Origin: a virus
DNA length: 64,000 nucleotides
Direction: 5' to 3' (one strand)
IMG/VR virus record: IMGVR_UViG_3300040801_005040
Location: 1 to 64,000 of that record
Part shown: in pieces, positions 38,358 to 48,437 of the stretch
Position numbering within the stretch: the first letter of the stretch is position 1
Layout: each line of letters begins with the position of its first letter
The notes under the pieces: model-generated
Databases searched by the model: none
The model's input: the letters and a program-made list of their open reading frames with translations, nothing else
What the model was told of the DNA's origin: nothing
Program-made: the position numbers and the translations under genes

Positions 38358-39322
38358 TAGTTAGTTTTTATTATAGAAAGTTTACCTATAACTATTTGAT
38401 CTCCTACAGCAGGCGTTGATCCAGCATAAAATCTAAGTATTGCTGTTCCAGTAAGATTAGCAGTTACATTATATTCAAGATAAGTATAAGAAGAAGAAGA
38501 TAAAAATGGAGCTGCACCAGGACTGCCTGTTAATCCAGTCCAAGATCCTGTATAAGGACCACTACCTGTAGAAACATCCCCCTTTCTTCCCCATATTCTA
38601 ATATTAAAAGTATCTCCTGTTGTTACTGAAAAAGAATATTCTGCTCTTTCAGCATTAGTATCTCCTGCAGTCATAACAAGGGCAAAACTACCAGAATATG
38701 TATTGTTTGTAGTAGTGCTTAATGACCCTGCTGATCCACCTACTCCCCATCCTGTTGTACTATCTGTACTATTATTTATTGCTGCAGCTGCTGCATTTAA
38801 TTGAGTATGTATTTCATTAGGATCTACATAACTGGGATCAATAGCAGTAATTATTATATTATCTATTGTTGTTGTATTTCCAGTATCAGCATTATTTGAT
38901 CCTCCAACCCTAATATAATTGACATTGCTATTAGTTTTATTGTATGTAATGAATTCTGTAAAAGATGATGTTGCTAAAAAATATGATAGTGTTGCTAAAA
39001 AGCCTTCTCCTTCAAATATTATTATATCCCCATTAGTACCAATAGTTTCAGCAACATGAAATTTTATTTCTACTTCAGTATTTGTTGGCAACCCCAATTC
39101 TATTCTACCATAAAAAGGAGTATTTGTACCAGCAGAACTTGTGATTGATAAAGCATATAAACCATCTATAGGTGTAGGAGAAGAAGTTATTGATGCCCAC
39201 GTACCACTATTTACAATTATATCTGTTCCTGTAACACTATTAGTTTCTTTATATGGAGAAGCTGCGTTAGAGGTATTATATAAGTTATTTGTTTTTAATA
39301 CTGAACTACTAACTAGAAACAT
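38357..39322 (-). CDS. two-domain carbohydrate-binding-like (jelly-roll) protein
   Basis: Two modules starting N....NAA and ending ..IDNIII / ..LSIIKTN; the second module is paralogous to 39324..39827. Confidence 0.55.
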   Translation of the reverse strand: MFLVSSSVLKTNNLYNTSNAASPYKETNSVTGTDIIVNSGTWASITSSPTPIDGLYALSITSSAGTNTPFYGRIELGLPTNTEVEIKFHVAETIGTNGDIIIFEGEGFLATLSYFLATSSFTEFITYNKTNSNVNYIRVGGSNNADTGNTTTIDNIIITAIDPSYVDPNEIHTQLNAAAAAINNSTDSTTGWGVGGSAGSLSTTTNNTYSGSFALVMTAGDTNAERAEYSFSVTTGDTFNIRIWGRKGDVSTGSGPYTGSWTGLTGSPGAAPFLSSSSYTYLEYNVTANLTGTAILRFYAGSTPAVGDQIVIGKLSIIKTN

Positions 39323-39323
39323 T

Positions 39324-39827
39324 TTAATTTATTTTTATGATTGATACAGAATCAACATGAACTTCATCAGCAACACCTCCAGCAAGGGAGGGATGAGCAT
39401 ATATTCTAATTACACATATTCCAGTACTTGTTGCTATTATATTAGAAAAAGTATACTCTTGCCAATTATTGTTAGTTATTGGTATGCTTGCAGGAGAATT
39501 TGTTAAATTAGACCAATTGCCAAAATATTGTGCTGTATAAACAGGAACTTTTGCCCAAATACTTATCTCGTATGTATCTCCTACATTTGCTGTCCAAGAA
39601 TATTCCATTCTTTCAGATGTATTGGGCGCACCTATCATAGCAAAGTAAAAATCTCCATTTTGAGCTCCTCCTGTTATAACATTTAAAGTTCCAGAAGAAC
39701 CGCCTATCCCCCATCCATCAGTTGAATTAATTTCATTACAATATAAAGAAACAGCATTAGCATTTGTATGAATTTCATTAGCTGCTGGAATACATGCTGG
39801 TTTTGTATATTGATTTATAATAAGCAT
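39324..39827 (-). CDS. carbohydrate-binding-like (CBM4/9-like) protein
   Basis: GDTYEISIWAK, WQEYTF, VDSVSI motifs. Confidence 0.6.
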   Translation of the reverse strand: MLIINQYTKPACIPAANEIHTNANAVSLYCNEINSTDGWGIGGSSGTLNVITGGAQNGDFYFAMIGAPNTSERMEYSWTANVGDTYEISIWAKVPVYTAQYFGNWSNLTNSPASIPITNNNWQEYTFSNIIATSTGICVIRIYAHPSLAGGVADEVHVDSVSIIKIN

Positions 39828-39829
39828 AA

Positions 39830-40723
39830 TTAGTTCTTTATAAATTCAAGATATACAATCAAACCTTTTCCTGGTTCAGTAGAACCTACTTGATCTATAT
39901 CAATATTTACTTTATCATCAAAAATAAAATTAGCATCAGATATAACAGGAGTTGTATTTGAGCCTACAGATGTTTCAGAGCCTGCATCTATTACTAATTT
40001 AGTAGATAAAACATCCCCTGTATTTTTTCTTATTTGTATATCTATATTAGACCCTGTAGGTGCTTGCCATACAGAAGCTCTTACAGAATTTAAAGTAGCA
40101 GAATAAGGCATCCTAAAATAACCAGCACTATTTCCTACAATAATATTATCCTGTACTCCAGAACAAGCTACTCCAATATAATCAAAGTTTGTAGCAGAAT
40201 CTGTAATAAGATAATAGGTGCTAGGATCTTTTACAGCTATAGCATCATAATCTGATTGATTGAGAGCTACTATATTATTAATTTGTACTGCACTAGCTCC
40301 AAGTCCTGTAATATCAGACTCAATCATATTACCTATACGTCCATCAAGATATCCTTTATTAATTATATCATCGTCAGTAACTGTACCTCCTTTACGGATT
40401 ACATATTCAATAGCTCCACCATCAAAAGAAAAAGAAATAGTATTTGAACCAAAAACTACACTTGACTTTGCTATAGGGGATGTTCCTGCCTCAATAGTAA
40501 TGTTTGCAGTACCAGTAGGAATAAGTATTTTATTTTCATTAGCTGTAAGCCCTATATTAAAACTAGCTGGAAGTGTAAGACTACCAGTAGATTGAAGATA
40601 GTTAGCTAAAAGAGCTACTATTTCATCTATTGCTGCTTGCCCATCAGTTGCTGAGAGTCCTGACGTAGTGTTGTCATACTCAAAGTTCTCTACCTGATTA
40701 GCATCAAATTTTGGTTTTGCCAT
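39830..40723 (-). CDS. tail fibre adaptor/minor tail protein
   Basis: YDNTTSGLSAT..QAAIDE anchor; ALNQSDYDAIAVKDPSTYYLI motif; C-terminal domain paralogous to the C-terminus of 45324..47780. Confidence 0.65.
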   Translation of the reverse strand: MAKPKFDANQVENFEYDNTTSGLSATDGQAAIDEIVALLANYLQSTGSLTLPASFNIGLTANENKILIPTGTANITIEAGTSPIAKSSVVFGSNTISFSFDGGAIEYVIRKGGTVTDDDIINKGYLDGRIGNMIESDITGLGASAVQINNIVALNQSDYDAIAVKDPSTYYLITDSATNFDYIGVACSGVQDNIIVGNSAGYFRMPYSATLNSVRASVWQAPTGSNIDIQIRKNTGDVLSTKLVIDAGSETSVGSNTTPVISDANFIFDDKVNIDIDQVGSTEPGKGLIVYLEFIKN

Positions 40724-40724
40724 T

Positions 40725-42374
40725 TTATTTTATTGCTTTAATTGGTCCTATATACCCTCTGTTAAGTTTATTAGCTCCAAAACTTAAAGGTTTTTGTGTG
40801 TTTAATGAAGGAGGTATTATTACAGTTATTTCTTCACTGTATGATATTTTATTATCTACAGTATTTGCCCAAATTCTAAAATAATATGTTGTTCCTGATC
40901 TAAGAGAACTAGGATTACTATTTCCCACTACTTGGGAATGAAATGTAAGATAGTTAAACTCTGTTGCAGATTGTTCTGTATAAACTCCCGTATTTCTGGA
41001 AAACTCTACTCTACCTTGAGCAGGTATATCAAGATTCCAAGAAACTCTAAAAGAGTTGACATCAATTTCATTTACCATTATATTACTTATAACTGCAGAA
41101 GGTCCTTCTACTATAGTATTACAAGTTAAATTTGGGTCAATAACTATATTTGCACTCTCAAGGGCCCCCCATACTGAAGCAAATCCACTTTGATATATAT
41201 TATTTTCAGATAGTAAAACATTTCCCGTGTATATACCTCCATAGTCATAAACAGTACTTCCACTATTAAAAGTAGTACCACATACTGTTACATCAGGCAT
41301 ATATGCACCCCCTGAAAAAAAGGCCATGTCACTACTATCTTTGAAAAGACAATTATTAAATGTTATATGTCCACCCCCAATACTTGTAGAACCTATAACT
41401 CTTCCGTCGTAAGTTCCATCTTTAGCAAAAGTGCAATTATTGTAAGTAACAATTCCTTGATGTGTTACTGTTCCTGAATCGCAAAATTCTCCTTCTCCAT
41501 AACATTGACCCGTACCCGTATAGTATTTTACAAAATCCAAATTAGAATTATTTCCATCGGGAGAAGTGAATATAGAATTATTAAAAGTAACTACTCCACT
41601 TGCTCCTTTTATTATTCTTCTTTCAGAGTTATAGAAATTACCATTGTTTATTGTAACCATAGATCCTGAATCAAATAATTGTATAGCTTTAGTAGCATCT
41701 GTTCCAAAATTTATTTGATAGTAATAATCTGAAGAATCACATCCCCATATATCATGTATTTCAATTCCATCTATATTAACCCTTAAAGGCTGACTTGGTA
41801 GCTCGTACCAATATGTAATTAGTCCTGTAGCAGAACCTGTACCAGAAGTTAAGCTACAAGCGTTTAAAGCTCTTACATCGTGTATGTAGATATTTTTTAA
41901 TTCCCATTCTTCTGTATAAACATTAGGATCATCATAGAGATTTATTCTTAAAGCTATTACTCCTAAAGATACAGTTGGAAACATATCTTTAATTTCCAGA
42001 CCGTCTATGTTTACATGGGAATTAACTGTAAAAGCTTTTCTTATTGAAAGATTCTGAGAAACATCTACAATTAAATTTTTTATATATGTTTTACTTGGAC
42101 CTGGTGTTGGGCTAGTACTTGCATCAGTTGTTCTTTTTGATACTATAATTCCTTCAGAATCACCCCAGCTTCCTGATGAAGCAAATTGAATTGTTGAATT
42201 ATTAAAGTCAGCATTAGTATTTATATTCCCTCTAAAAAACAATGTTGACGATATTTTATAAGTTAGATTAGGCCCAGAAGTAAGAACCTCTTCGTTATCT
42301 AAAGCATTTTGTAATGCTATAGTATCGTCAGTTATACCATTTCCTACTGCACCATAATCTTGAAAACTTGCCAT
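40725..42374 (-). CDS. tailspike-like beta-helix (Pectate_lyase_3-type start) with C-terminal FN3-like domain
   Basis: DYGAVGNGITDDTIALQNALD; FNNSIF/YNNCTF/FNNCLF rungs; SFRVSW...LRSGTTYYFRIWA. Confidence 0.8.
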   Translation of the reverse strand: MASFQDYGAVGNGITDDTIALQNALDNEEVLTSGPNLTYKISSTLFFRGNINTNADFNNSTIQFASSGSWGDSEGIIVSKRTTDASTSPTPGPSKTYIKNLIVDVSQNLSIRKAFTVNSHVNIDGLEIKDMFPTVSLGVIALRINLYDDPNVYTEEWELKNIYIHDVRALNACSLTSGTGSATGLITYWYELPSQPLRVNIDGIEIHDIWGCDSSDYYYQINFGTDATKAIQLFDSGSMVTINNGNFYNSERRIIKGASGVVTFNNSIFTSPDGNNSNLDFVKYYTGTGQCYGEGEFCDSGTVTHQGIVTYNNCTFAKDGTYDGRVIGSTSIGGGHITFNNCLFKDSSDMAFFSGGAYMPDVTVCGTTFNSGSTVYDYGGIYTGNVLLSENNIYQSGFASVWGALESANIVIDPNLTCNTIVEGPSAVISNIMVNEIDVNSFRVSWNLDIPAQGRVEFSRNTGVYTEQSATEFNYLTFHSQVVGNSNPSSLRSGTTYYFRIWANTVDNKISYSEEITVIIPPSLNTQKPLSFGANKLNRGYIGPIKAIK

Positions 42375-42832
42375 TATAATCTAATTATATATTTTATACT
42401 TACATTATCTACTTCAAATTGATCACCTGAAGTAACTCCTCCAAAAACATATCTCCAGAGTGTACTTGATTCGGTTCCATGAGGAATATCAAATTGATAT
42501 TTCTTAAAAGTAGAACTTATAACTTCTTGATGTACTATATTAAAGGACATTCCAGATTGAAAAGTGTTTGTACCTACAGTTTGTCTTGCTTCATAGACTA
42601 TTCTTAAATAATATCGCTGCCCATCAAGAGGTACTATAGCATTTTGATACAATACATGATTATTTCCTGTATTTTGTAATGGACCTAAAGCTATTACATT
42701 ACCAACCCCTCCCGCAATAGTAGATCCATTATTTTTTACCCAAGAAGCATCAACATCAAATGTTCCATTTTCTACTTGCTCTTCTCCTAAAACAGGAGTT
42801 CTTATTCCTTTTCTATGTGTTTGCAATCTCAT
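42374..42832 (-). CDS. carbohydrate-binding-like protein
   Basis: LGEEQVENGTFD...W start, FEVDNVSIK end; paralogue of 42829..43302. Confidence 0.6.
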   Translation of the reverse strand: MRLQTHRKGIRTPVLGEEQVENGTFDVDASWVKNNGSTIAGGVGNVIALGPLQNTGNNHVLYQNAIVPLDGQRYYLRIVYEARQTVGTNTFQSGMSFNIVHQEVISSTFKKYQFDIPHGTESSTLWRYVFGGVTSGDQFEVDNVSIKYIIRL

Positions 42833-43302
42833 AATATTAGTCTTATGCTTACATTATCTACTTCAAAAATTGAGGAGCTAATTGGACCACCAAAAGCTAA
42901 CCTTGTAAAATTACTAGATGTTCCAGGTACAGTTAAAGTTTTGTTATAAGTATATGTTGTGAATGAATTTGTCAATGGAATATTAAAATCTATTGAATAA
43001 TTTGTAAGACCTACTTGAAAAGCTCCACCTCCAAGTACAGTATCTCTGGCATCAAATTGAACTTTTATAGTTATTGTTTGTCCTAAATAAGAACTTAAAA
43101 AATCCCCATATACTGCCCAATTATTTGCTGTAACATTTAATGCTCCCATAGGATATACAGTAGCTATTCCTTCAGATATAAAACTTGATCCTTGAGTAGT
43201 CCAAATACCAGCAGGATTATTAAACCCAGGATCACTAACTAGTTCTGGTCCAAGACCTGATCCAGCTGCATTTAAAGCATGTAAGTTTTTTAATAAACTC
43301 AT
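42829..43302 (-). CDS. carbohydrate-binding-like protein
   Basis: LGPELVSDPGFN...W start, FEVDNVSIR end. Confidence 0.6.
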   Translation of the reverse strand: MSLLKNLHALNAAGSGLGPELVSDPGFNNPAGIWTTQGSSFISEGIATVYPMGALNVTANNWAVYGDFLSSYLGQTITIKVQFDARDTVLGGGAFQVGLTNYSIDFNIPLTNSFTTYTYNKTLTVPGTSSNFTRLAFGGPISSSIFEVDNVSIRLIL

Positions 43303-43303
43303 A

Positions 43304-45313
43304 TTATATATCTAAGAAATAATATTGTACTGCATTTCCATTATAGAACACTATCATATATTGATCAGTAGAAGGTTGAAAAGAAGCTCCTGCTATTTTT
43401 GTAGCTGATACTATTGAAGGTTCTGTAGCAGCATTTATAAGTACTTGAGCCCATCCCCCTAAAGTTTCATTAGCGTAAGTATAAGCACCGGGTCCTGCAA
43501 GACCAGAAGCAGCATTCATATACATATAATTACCTCCCGTTCTCGATAAGTCAATTATTGACCCTGAATTAGTAGCTATAGGTTCAGATGGGTCTATTGC
43601 ATCTGTTATAATATAAAAGGTATTTACATCTGGAGTCCCTATTGCATCATATTCGGCTTGAGTAAGAGACATTATATTAGTTACTTGATCTGCTCCTGTA
43701 ACCCCTGTAACATCTGATTCTACTACAATACCTGGCAAAGGAGTACCTATAAAATAAGTACAATATACTGCTTGACCTACATTAGGTGCTTCAGAAAAAT
43801 CAAATATTCCTGATCCAGGAGTAGTTTCTGTTATACCTTGAGTAGCCACCATTGCCTGTCCATCAAGGAATGCTATAAGACTACCTCCTGCATATTCTCC
43901 TTGTGATACTGTAAATGTAGTATTTACACCATCTATTGTTCCTGAAGGTATTTCTGTAAATATATTATTATAAGCAGTTCCTCCACCACCTCCTCCAGAG
44001 GGAATAGCCCATGTACCATCTCCTCTCCAGAAAGTTGAAGCTGTAGCACCTGTACCACTATTTAAATTAGATACTGGTATATTTCCAGTGATATCATTGG
44101 CAGGTACATTAGTTGCATTAGTGAGGTCTATTGCTGAAGGTGTTCCAAGATTTGGAGTTACAAGTTCTGGAGAATTAGAAAAAACTACATTGCCAGAACC
44201 TGTTTTATCAGGTATGAGAACAGCTAATTCAGCTGAAGTAGTAGTGGCAAACTGTGCCAGGGAATTAGATGTAAAAGCATCTCCTCCTGAGCTAATTGCT
44301 ATGTTAGCTTGTCCTCCAGTTCCATTTGTAACAACTACTCCAGAACCAGTAAAATTGAGTATGGAAGCAGAAGAAACTATTGAAACATCGTCATCTTCTA
44401 TTGCAAGAGAACTATAATTTGCATCAGCATATTCTTTTGTAATAAGAGCTTGATTTCCTTTTGAATCAATATCTGCAATACTTACGTTTGTAACATAAGG
44501 TGCAATATTATCTATAGTAAATTGTACAGTCCCACCAGTAAGAGATGTTGTATTATTAATGGGATCAATAATAAGTCCATCTCCAGATAAAGATGCAAGA
44601 GTTGTCACGAGAGCAACAGTATTAGATGTATCTAATTCTACTACAGATGGAAAATCTGATATATCTGCTGTTGTTAAAGGTCTGCCAGCATACCCTGTAG
44701 TACCATTTGCCACAAGCACATTGCCTGCAGTAACTCCGGCAGAAATTACATCTGTAAGACCTATAAGAGAAGTAGCTGCTGTATCTGCAGTAGGTTCTAG
44801 TCTACCAACAGAAGCATTCCATTTAAGTACATTTCCATCTGATATTCCTGTAAGGTCTACATCTGAATGTGTTCCTATACTACCACTTGCAGAAACTTTA
44901 GCAGTATTAATTGCAATATTTGCAGAGTTGGTAGATATATTAGATGTGTTGGTAGCTATTTGAATATCTTGAGCATTTTGAGAAGATAATGTTGCATACG
45001 TAGTAGAGATATTAGATATATCTGCTACTGTAATAGCTCTTGATTCCCAACTATTACCATCTCCAAGAAGGGCATATCTATTGGTTGGTGTACCATCTCC
45101 TACATCTGAAAGTCCACTAATAGTACCTCCTCCACCTGCTCCTGACACATAAGGAAGAGAATCCCACGCAGTAGTTCCATTACCTATTTTAAGCTTAAAA
45201 GTGTCTATTTCAAAAGCAGGTTCTCCTGCTAAAAGAATTGGATTTACAGATGTAAAATCAGCTGCTGTTGCTCTTTTAAATTGAATAGTTTCAATTATAA
45301 AATCTACTGCCAT
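43304..45313 (-). CDS. tail fibre with Mtd_N-type N-terminal domain (paralogue B)
   Basis: TIQFKRATAA....NPILLAGE..FE.DT.KLKIGNGTTAW.SLPY; LSDV repeats; TFWRGDGTW; GTIDGVNTTFT. Confidence 0.8.
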   Translation of the reverse strand: MAVDFIIETIQFKRATAADFTSVNPILLAGEPAFEIDTFKLKIGNGTTAWDSLPYVSGAGGGGTISGLSDVGDGTPTNRYALLGDGNSWESRAITVADISNISTTYATLSSQNAQDIQIATNTSNISTNSANIAINTAKVSASGSIGTHSDVDLTGISDGNVLKWNASVGRLEPTADTAATSLIGLTDVISAGVTAGNVLVANGTTGYAGRPLTTADISDFPSVVELDTSNTVALVTTLASLSGDGLIIDPINNTTSLTGGTVQFTIDNIAPYVTNVSIADIDSKGNQALITKEYADANYSSLAIEDDDVSIVSSASILNFTGSGVVVTNGTGGQANIAISSGGDAFTSNSLAQFATTTSAELAVLIPDKTGSGNVVFSNSPELVTPNLGTPSAIDLTNATNVPANDITGNIPVSNLNSGTGATASTFWRGDGTWAIPSGGGGGGTAYNNIFTEIPSGTIDGVNTTFTVSQGEYAGGSLIAFLDGQAMVATQGITETTPGSGIFDFSEAPNVGQAVYCTYFIGTPLPGIVVESDVTGVTGADQVTNIMSLTQAEYDAIGTPDVNTFYIITDAIDPSEPIATNSGSIIDLSRTGGNYMYMNAASGLAGPGAYTYANETLGGWAQVLINAATEPSIVSATKIAGASFQPSTDQYMIVFYNGNAVQYYFLDI

Positions 45314-45323
45314 ATTGTTTGTT

Positions 45324-47780
45324 TTATACTCTATATCCTATGAATGTTACTTTAAGTCCTCTACCTGCTATTGTTGATCCTACAGCATCTATATCAATTG
45401 TTATTTCTGCATCATCTGCGAGATCACCATCTGATATCACAGCTGCAGTTGCTGCTGTAGTAGATGTTTTTTCTGTAGCATCAATGGTAAGTTTAGTTGA
45501 AAGAATACTAACTCCTGATTCATTTATATCTACTGTAATAGCAGATCCAGTAGGAGCTGTATTTACACTTGCTCTTACGTCTAAAAGAGTCATTGCATAA
45601 GGCATTCTGAATGTTACTTTAGCTGTACCAGTAGTAATAAGAGTAGTTTCATCAGATACAGCTACCATGAATTCTGCTGGAAGTGAACTTGTAGTTGCTA
45701 ATGATACAAAGTAATATTCTGTGGCAGTACCATTATTATAAACTACCAAATACATATCTGTATTTGCTTCAAATGTAGCACCTCCTACTTTAGTTGCTGA
45801 GGTTACAGTAGGTTCAGAAGCAGCATTAACTAACCCTTGTGCCCAACCTCCTGCAACAGCTCCAGTAAAAGTATAGGTAGTAGCACTAGAAGCAGAAGCC
45901 ATATTATAATATGTTCCTGTTACTTTACTTAAATCAAAAGCTGTACCAGTAGATGTAGCAGAATCTACATAATCTCTTACTGCAGCTGAAGTTGGGATAG
46001 TTGTATCATTATCGTTTGATCCAATCCCTTCTCCTTCTGTTACTACTGCAGAAGCTGCAAAATCAGCTACTTCTATGTTAGATAAACTGTTCCCAGTTCC
46101 ATTTGCATCAAATGTCTTATTTGTTAAAGTGTCTGAAGAAGAAGCTGTGATAAAATTTGTAAGAGATGATGTAAAAGCTAAAGATTCTGATACACCGTTT
46201 GCTCTTATATAAAGATTATCTAAATCTGATCTATACCACATATCACCATCAGCTGGTACTGAAGGATCTGCTGTTACACCTGAATGTTGAAATCCTGCAG
46301 TAGTAGCATTTGGAACAAAAATTTGTTTTGATCCTGCAGCAAAACTGTTTCCTCCTGTGATAGCCGCTACAGTATTGTCTGAAACAGCTGCATTAAGTTC
46401 AGCAAGAGTCATTGACACTGTATTGTCAGTAAAGTCAATGGTTTTATTAGTAAGGGTTTGAGTTGCAGCTGTACCAGCTATTGTAAGATCTGTATCAGGT
46501 ACTGTAAGAACTCTTGTTGTACCTGTGGTAAGACCATCTACTTCAAATCTTATTTGCTTAGTATTATCTACAGAACCTTGTACAATACTGGTAGTATCTG
46601 CTACTGGTAAAGAAGCTCCTCCTCCTCCTACGACAGACCATCCAGCAGATGTACGTTGTTTAAGGGTATCTTCTGAGATATCAAAGTATACCATTCCAGT
46701 AGTAGTGCCTGGTTCAGTATCTGTGGGCACAAGAAGAAGATGATTTGCTTCTATTTCAGAAGATACATCTATACTTCCTGTAATATTGAGAAGGGTGCCA
46801 GACCAAGTAAAGTTTGCATCTCCTTCAATAGTTCCATCCCCTGTCCATACACCTACTTGATTATTTACAGGTGTTCCAACTTTAGAAACATCACCTGAGC
46901 CTGCAGGTGTTGCCCAAGTTCCATCACCACGCCAGAATGTAGCTGCAGAAGCTCCTGTTCCTGAATTAAGATTTGTAGTCGGTAAATTACCTGTTACATC
47001 AGCTGCAAGATCTACTTGATTAACTGTGATCTGTTGTCCTGTAAGAGTAATATAGTCTGGAGTTCCAGTAAATGTTACTGCAGCATGAGAAGCCCCTTGA
47101 AGGGATACTATGTCAGAGCCTACTTCCTGGAGAGCTGCTTCTACGTCTGTACCTGTATAATAAGTTCCAATATCTGTAATTGGTATTTCAGAAGCTGTTT
47201 GATCATCTGTATCAGATATTGCAGCTAATGCTGTACCTACTTCTTGAAGAGCTCCTTCTACCTCGCTGGATGTAAAAAATGCTCCAGTATCAGCAATAGT
47301 GATATTATCTGCTGAGGTTGTAGTAGTTTCATTAGACCATACTACATCGTAATTAGTACCCGAGTTTTTCTTTAGTACTTGTCCTGTGGTTCCTCCAGAA
47401 GGTACTTCTATTGATTGCCAGCGTGAATGCCCAATGCTTGTATTAAAAGCAGATATTACACCAGTGGTAGAATAATCTGATATGTCTGCAAGTACAATCG
47501 CACGAGAGTTGAAAACTGTACCAGTACCCATAAGGGCATGGCGATTGGCTGGAGTAGCTGTTCCTACATCTGTTAAGTCTGAAAGTTTCCCAATTGTTTC
47601 AATAGGAATTTGAATATATCCAAGACTATTCCAGGCAGTAGAGCCGTTTCCTATTTTTAACTGATTGGTATCAGTTTCAAACCCAGCTTCACCAGCCAGA
47701 AGGACTGGATTTTGAGCAGCCCATGTAGCTGCATCAGCTCTTTTGAGCTGAATGGTTTCTATAATAAAATCTACAGCCAT
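45324..47780 (-). CDS. tail fibre with Mtd_N-type N-terminal domain (paralogue A)
   Basis: Same N-terminal domain; [19 protein letters not shown]; VE.ALQEVG twice; TLTNKT twice; TFWRGDGTW. Confidence 0.8.
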   Translation of the reverse strand: MAVDFIIETIQLKRADAATWAAQNPVLLAGEAGFETDTNQLKIGNGSTAWNSLGYIQIPIETIGKLSDLTDVGTATPANRHALMGTGTVFNSRAIVLADISDYSTTGVISAFNTSIGHSRWQSIEVPSGGTTGQVLKKNSGTNYDVVWSNETTTTSADNITIADTGAFFTSSEVEGALQEVGTALAAISDTDDQTASEIPITDIGTYYTGTDVEAALQEVGSDIVSLQGASHAAVTFTGTPDYITLTGQQITVNQVDLAADVTGNLPTTNLNSGTGASAATFWRGDGTWATPAGSGDVSKVGTPVNNQVGVWTGDGTIEGDANFTWSGTLLNITGSIDVSSEIEANHLLLVPTDTEPGTTTGMVYFDISEDTLKQRTSAGWSVVGGGGASLPVADTTSIVQGSVDNTKQIRFEVDGLTTGTTRVLTVPDTDLTIAGTAATQTLTNKTIDFTDNTVSMTLAELNAAVSDNTVAAITGGNSFAAGSKQIFVPNATTAGFQHSGVTADPSVPADGDMWYRSDLDNLYIRANGVSESLAFTSSLTNFITASSSDTLTNKTFDANGTGNSLSNIEVADFAASAVVTEGEGIGSNDNDTTIPTSAAVRDYVDSATSTGTAFDLSKVTGTYYNMASASSATTYTFTGAVAGGWAQGLVNAASEPTVTSATKVGGATFEANTDMYLVVYNNGTATEYYFVSLATTSSLPAEFMVAVSDETTLITTGTAKVTFRMPYAMTLLDVRASVNTAPTGSAITVDINESGVSILSTKLTIDATEKTSTTAATAAVISDGDLADDAEITIDIDAVGSTIAGRGLKVTFIGYRV

Positions 47781-47785
47781 TTTAT

Positions 47786-48355
47786 TTAATTTGTCAGTTC
47801 TCCACCGTCAATCTTAACGGTAATTGGATCATAGTTTGCATTATCAGTAACAATGTCTTGAATATTACCGTATTGACCACAAGTTTTACAGTCATCAGAA
47901 CAAAGCTTATCAAGCATTTTAGTGAAATTAAGCATTTCATCTATAAATCTTTCTTCCATTGCATGTTCCAATGCACGTAAAAGAGCATCTGTATTAATAA
48001 CAGTATTTTCTATGGTATCATTACAACTATCGCAAATGTTAAGATGACTTAGTTTGTTCATCATGCATTCTCTATAGCGTCTAAACTCTCCTACAAAACT
48101 TACTGCTGTTTCATCAGAGTCTTCTGCTTCTATAAAGTAAATGCCATCAAAATAAGGCTCTTCTATGTCTGTAAGAGTGATTTCAATATTTTGAGTTGAT
48201 GCTCCAGTGAGTTTAGAAGAAAGATCAATTAGCTCTCCAAAATTTTTATAAGTGTTTTGAGTCCAAAACCTTAAAATTGAAACATCAGTAGCGTCAAGTA
48301 TCTTGAGTTCCAGCTTAGTCTTATCAGCTGAAATAGTAAAAGAGGAGATTTCCAT
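47786..48355 (-). CDS. putative tail hub protein (Cys-rich C-terminus); likely start MEISS
   Basis: Follows the auxiliary capsid gene as in the crAss gene order; CDSC and C...CKTC; the upstream TTG lies inside a terminator hairpin, so the ATG at 48355 is preferred. Confidence 0.55.
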   Translation of the reverse strand: MEISSFTISADKTKLELKILDATDVSILRFWTQNTYKNFGELIDLSSKLTGASTQNIEITLTDIEEPYFDGIYFIEAEDSDETAVSFVGEFRRYRECMMNKLSHLNICDSCNDTIENTVINTDALLRALEHAMEERFIDEMLNFTKMLDKLCSDDCKTCGQYGNIQDIVTDNANYDPITVKIDGGELTN

Positions 48356-48371
48356 AGAATCAAATTTAATT

Positions 48372-48411
48372 AAAAAAGGGAGTAGAGCCAAGCATGACCC
48401 AACTCCCTTTT
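48372..48411 (-). terminator. Rho-independent terminator
   Basis: AAAAGGGAGT...ACTCCCTTTTTT hairpin after the stop at 48438. Confidence 0.8.
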
Positions 48412-48437
48412 GTATTAATTAGCTAACTCTAAATCAA

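Noticed and set aside
43304-47780. Diversity-generating retroelement suggested by the Mtd_N domains
   Set aside because: No reverse transcriptase and no near-identical TR/VR pair differing only at adenines. The repeats are diverged protein-level paralogy.
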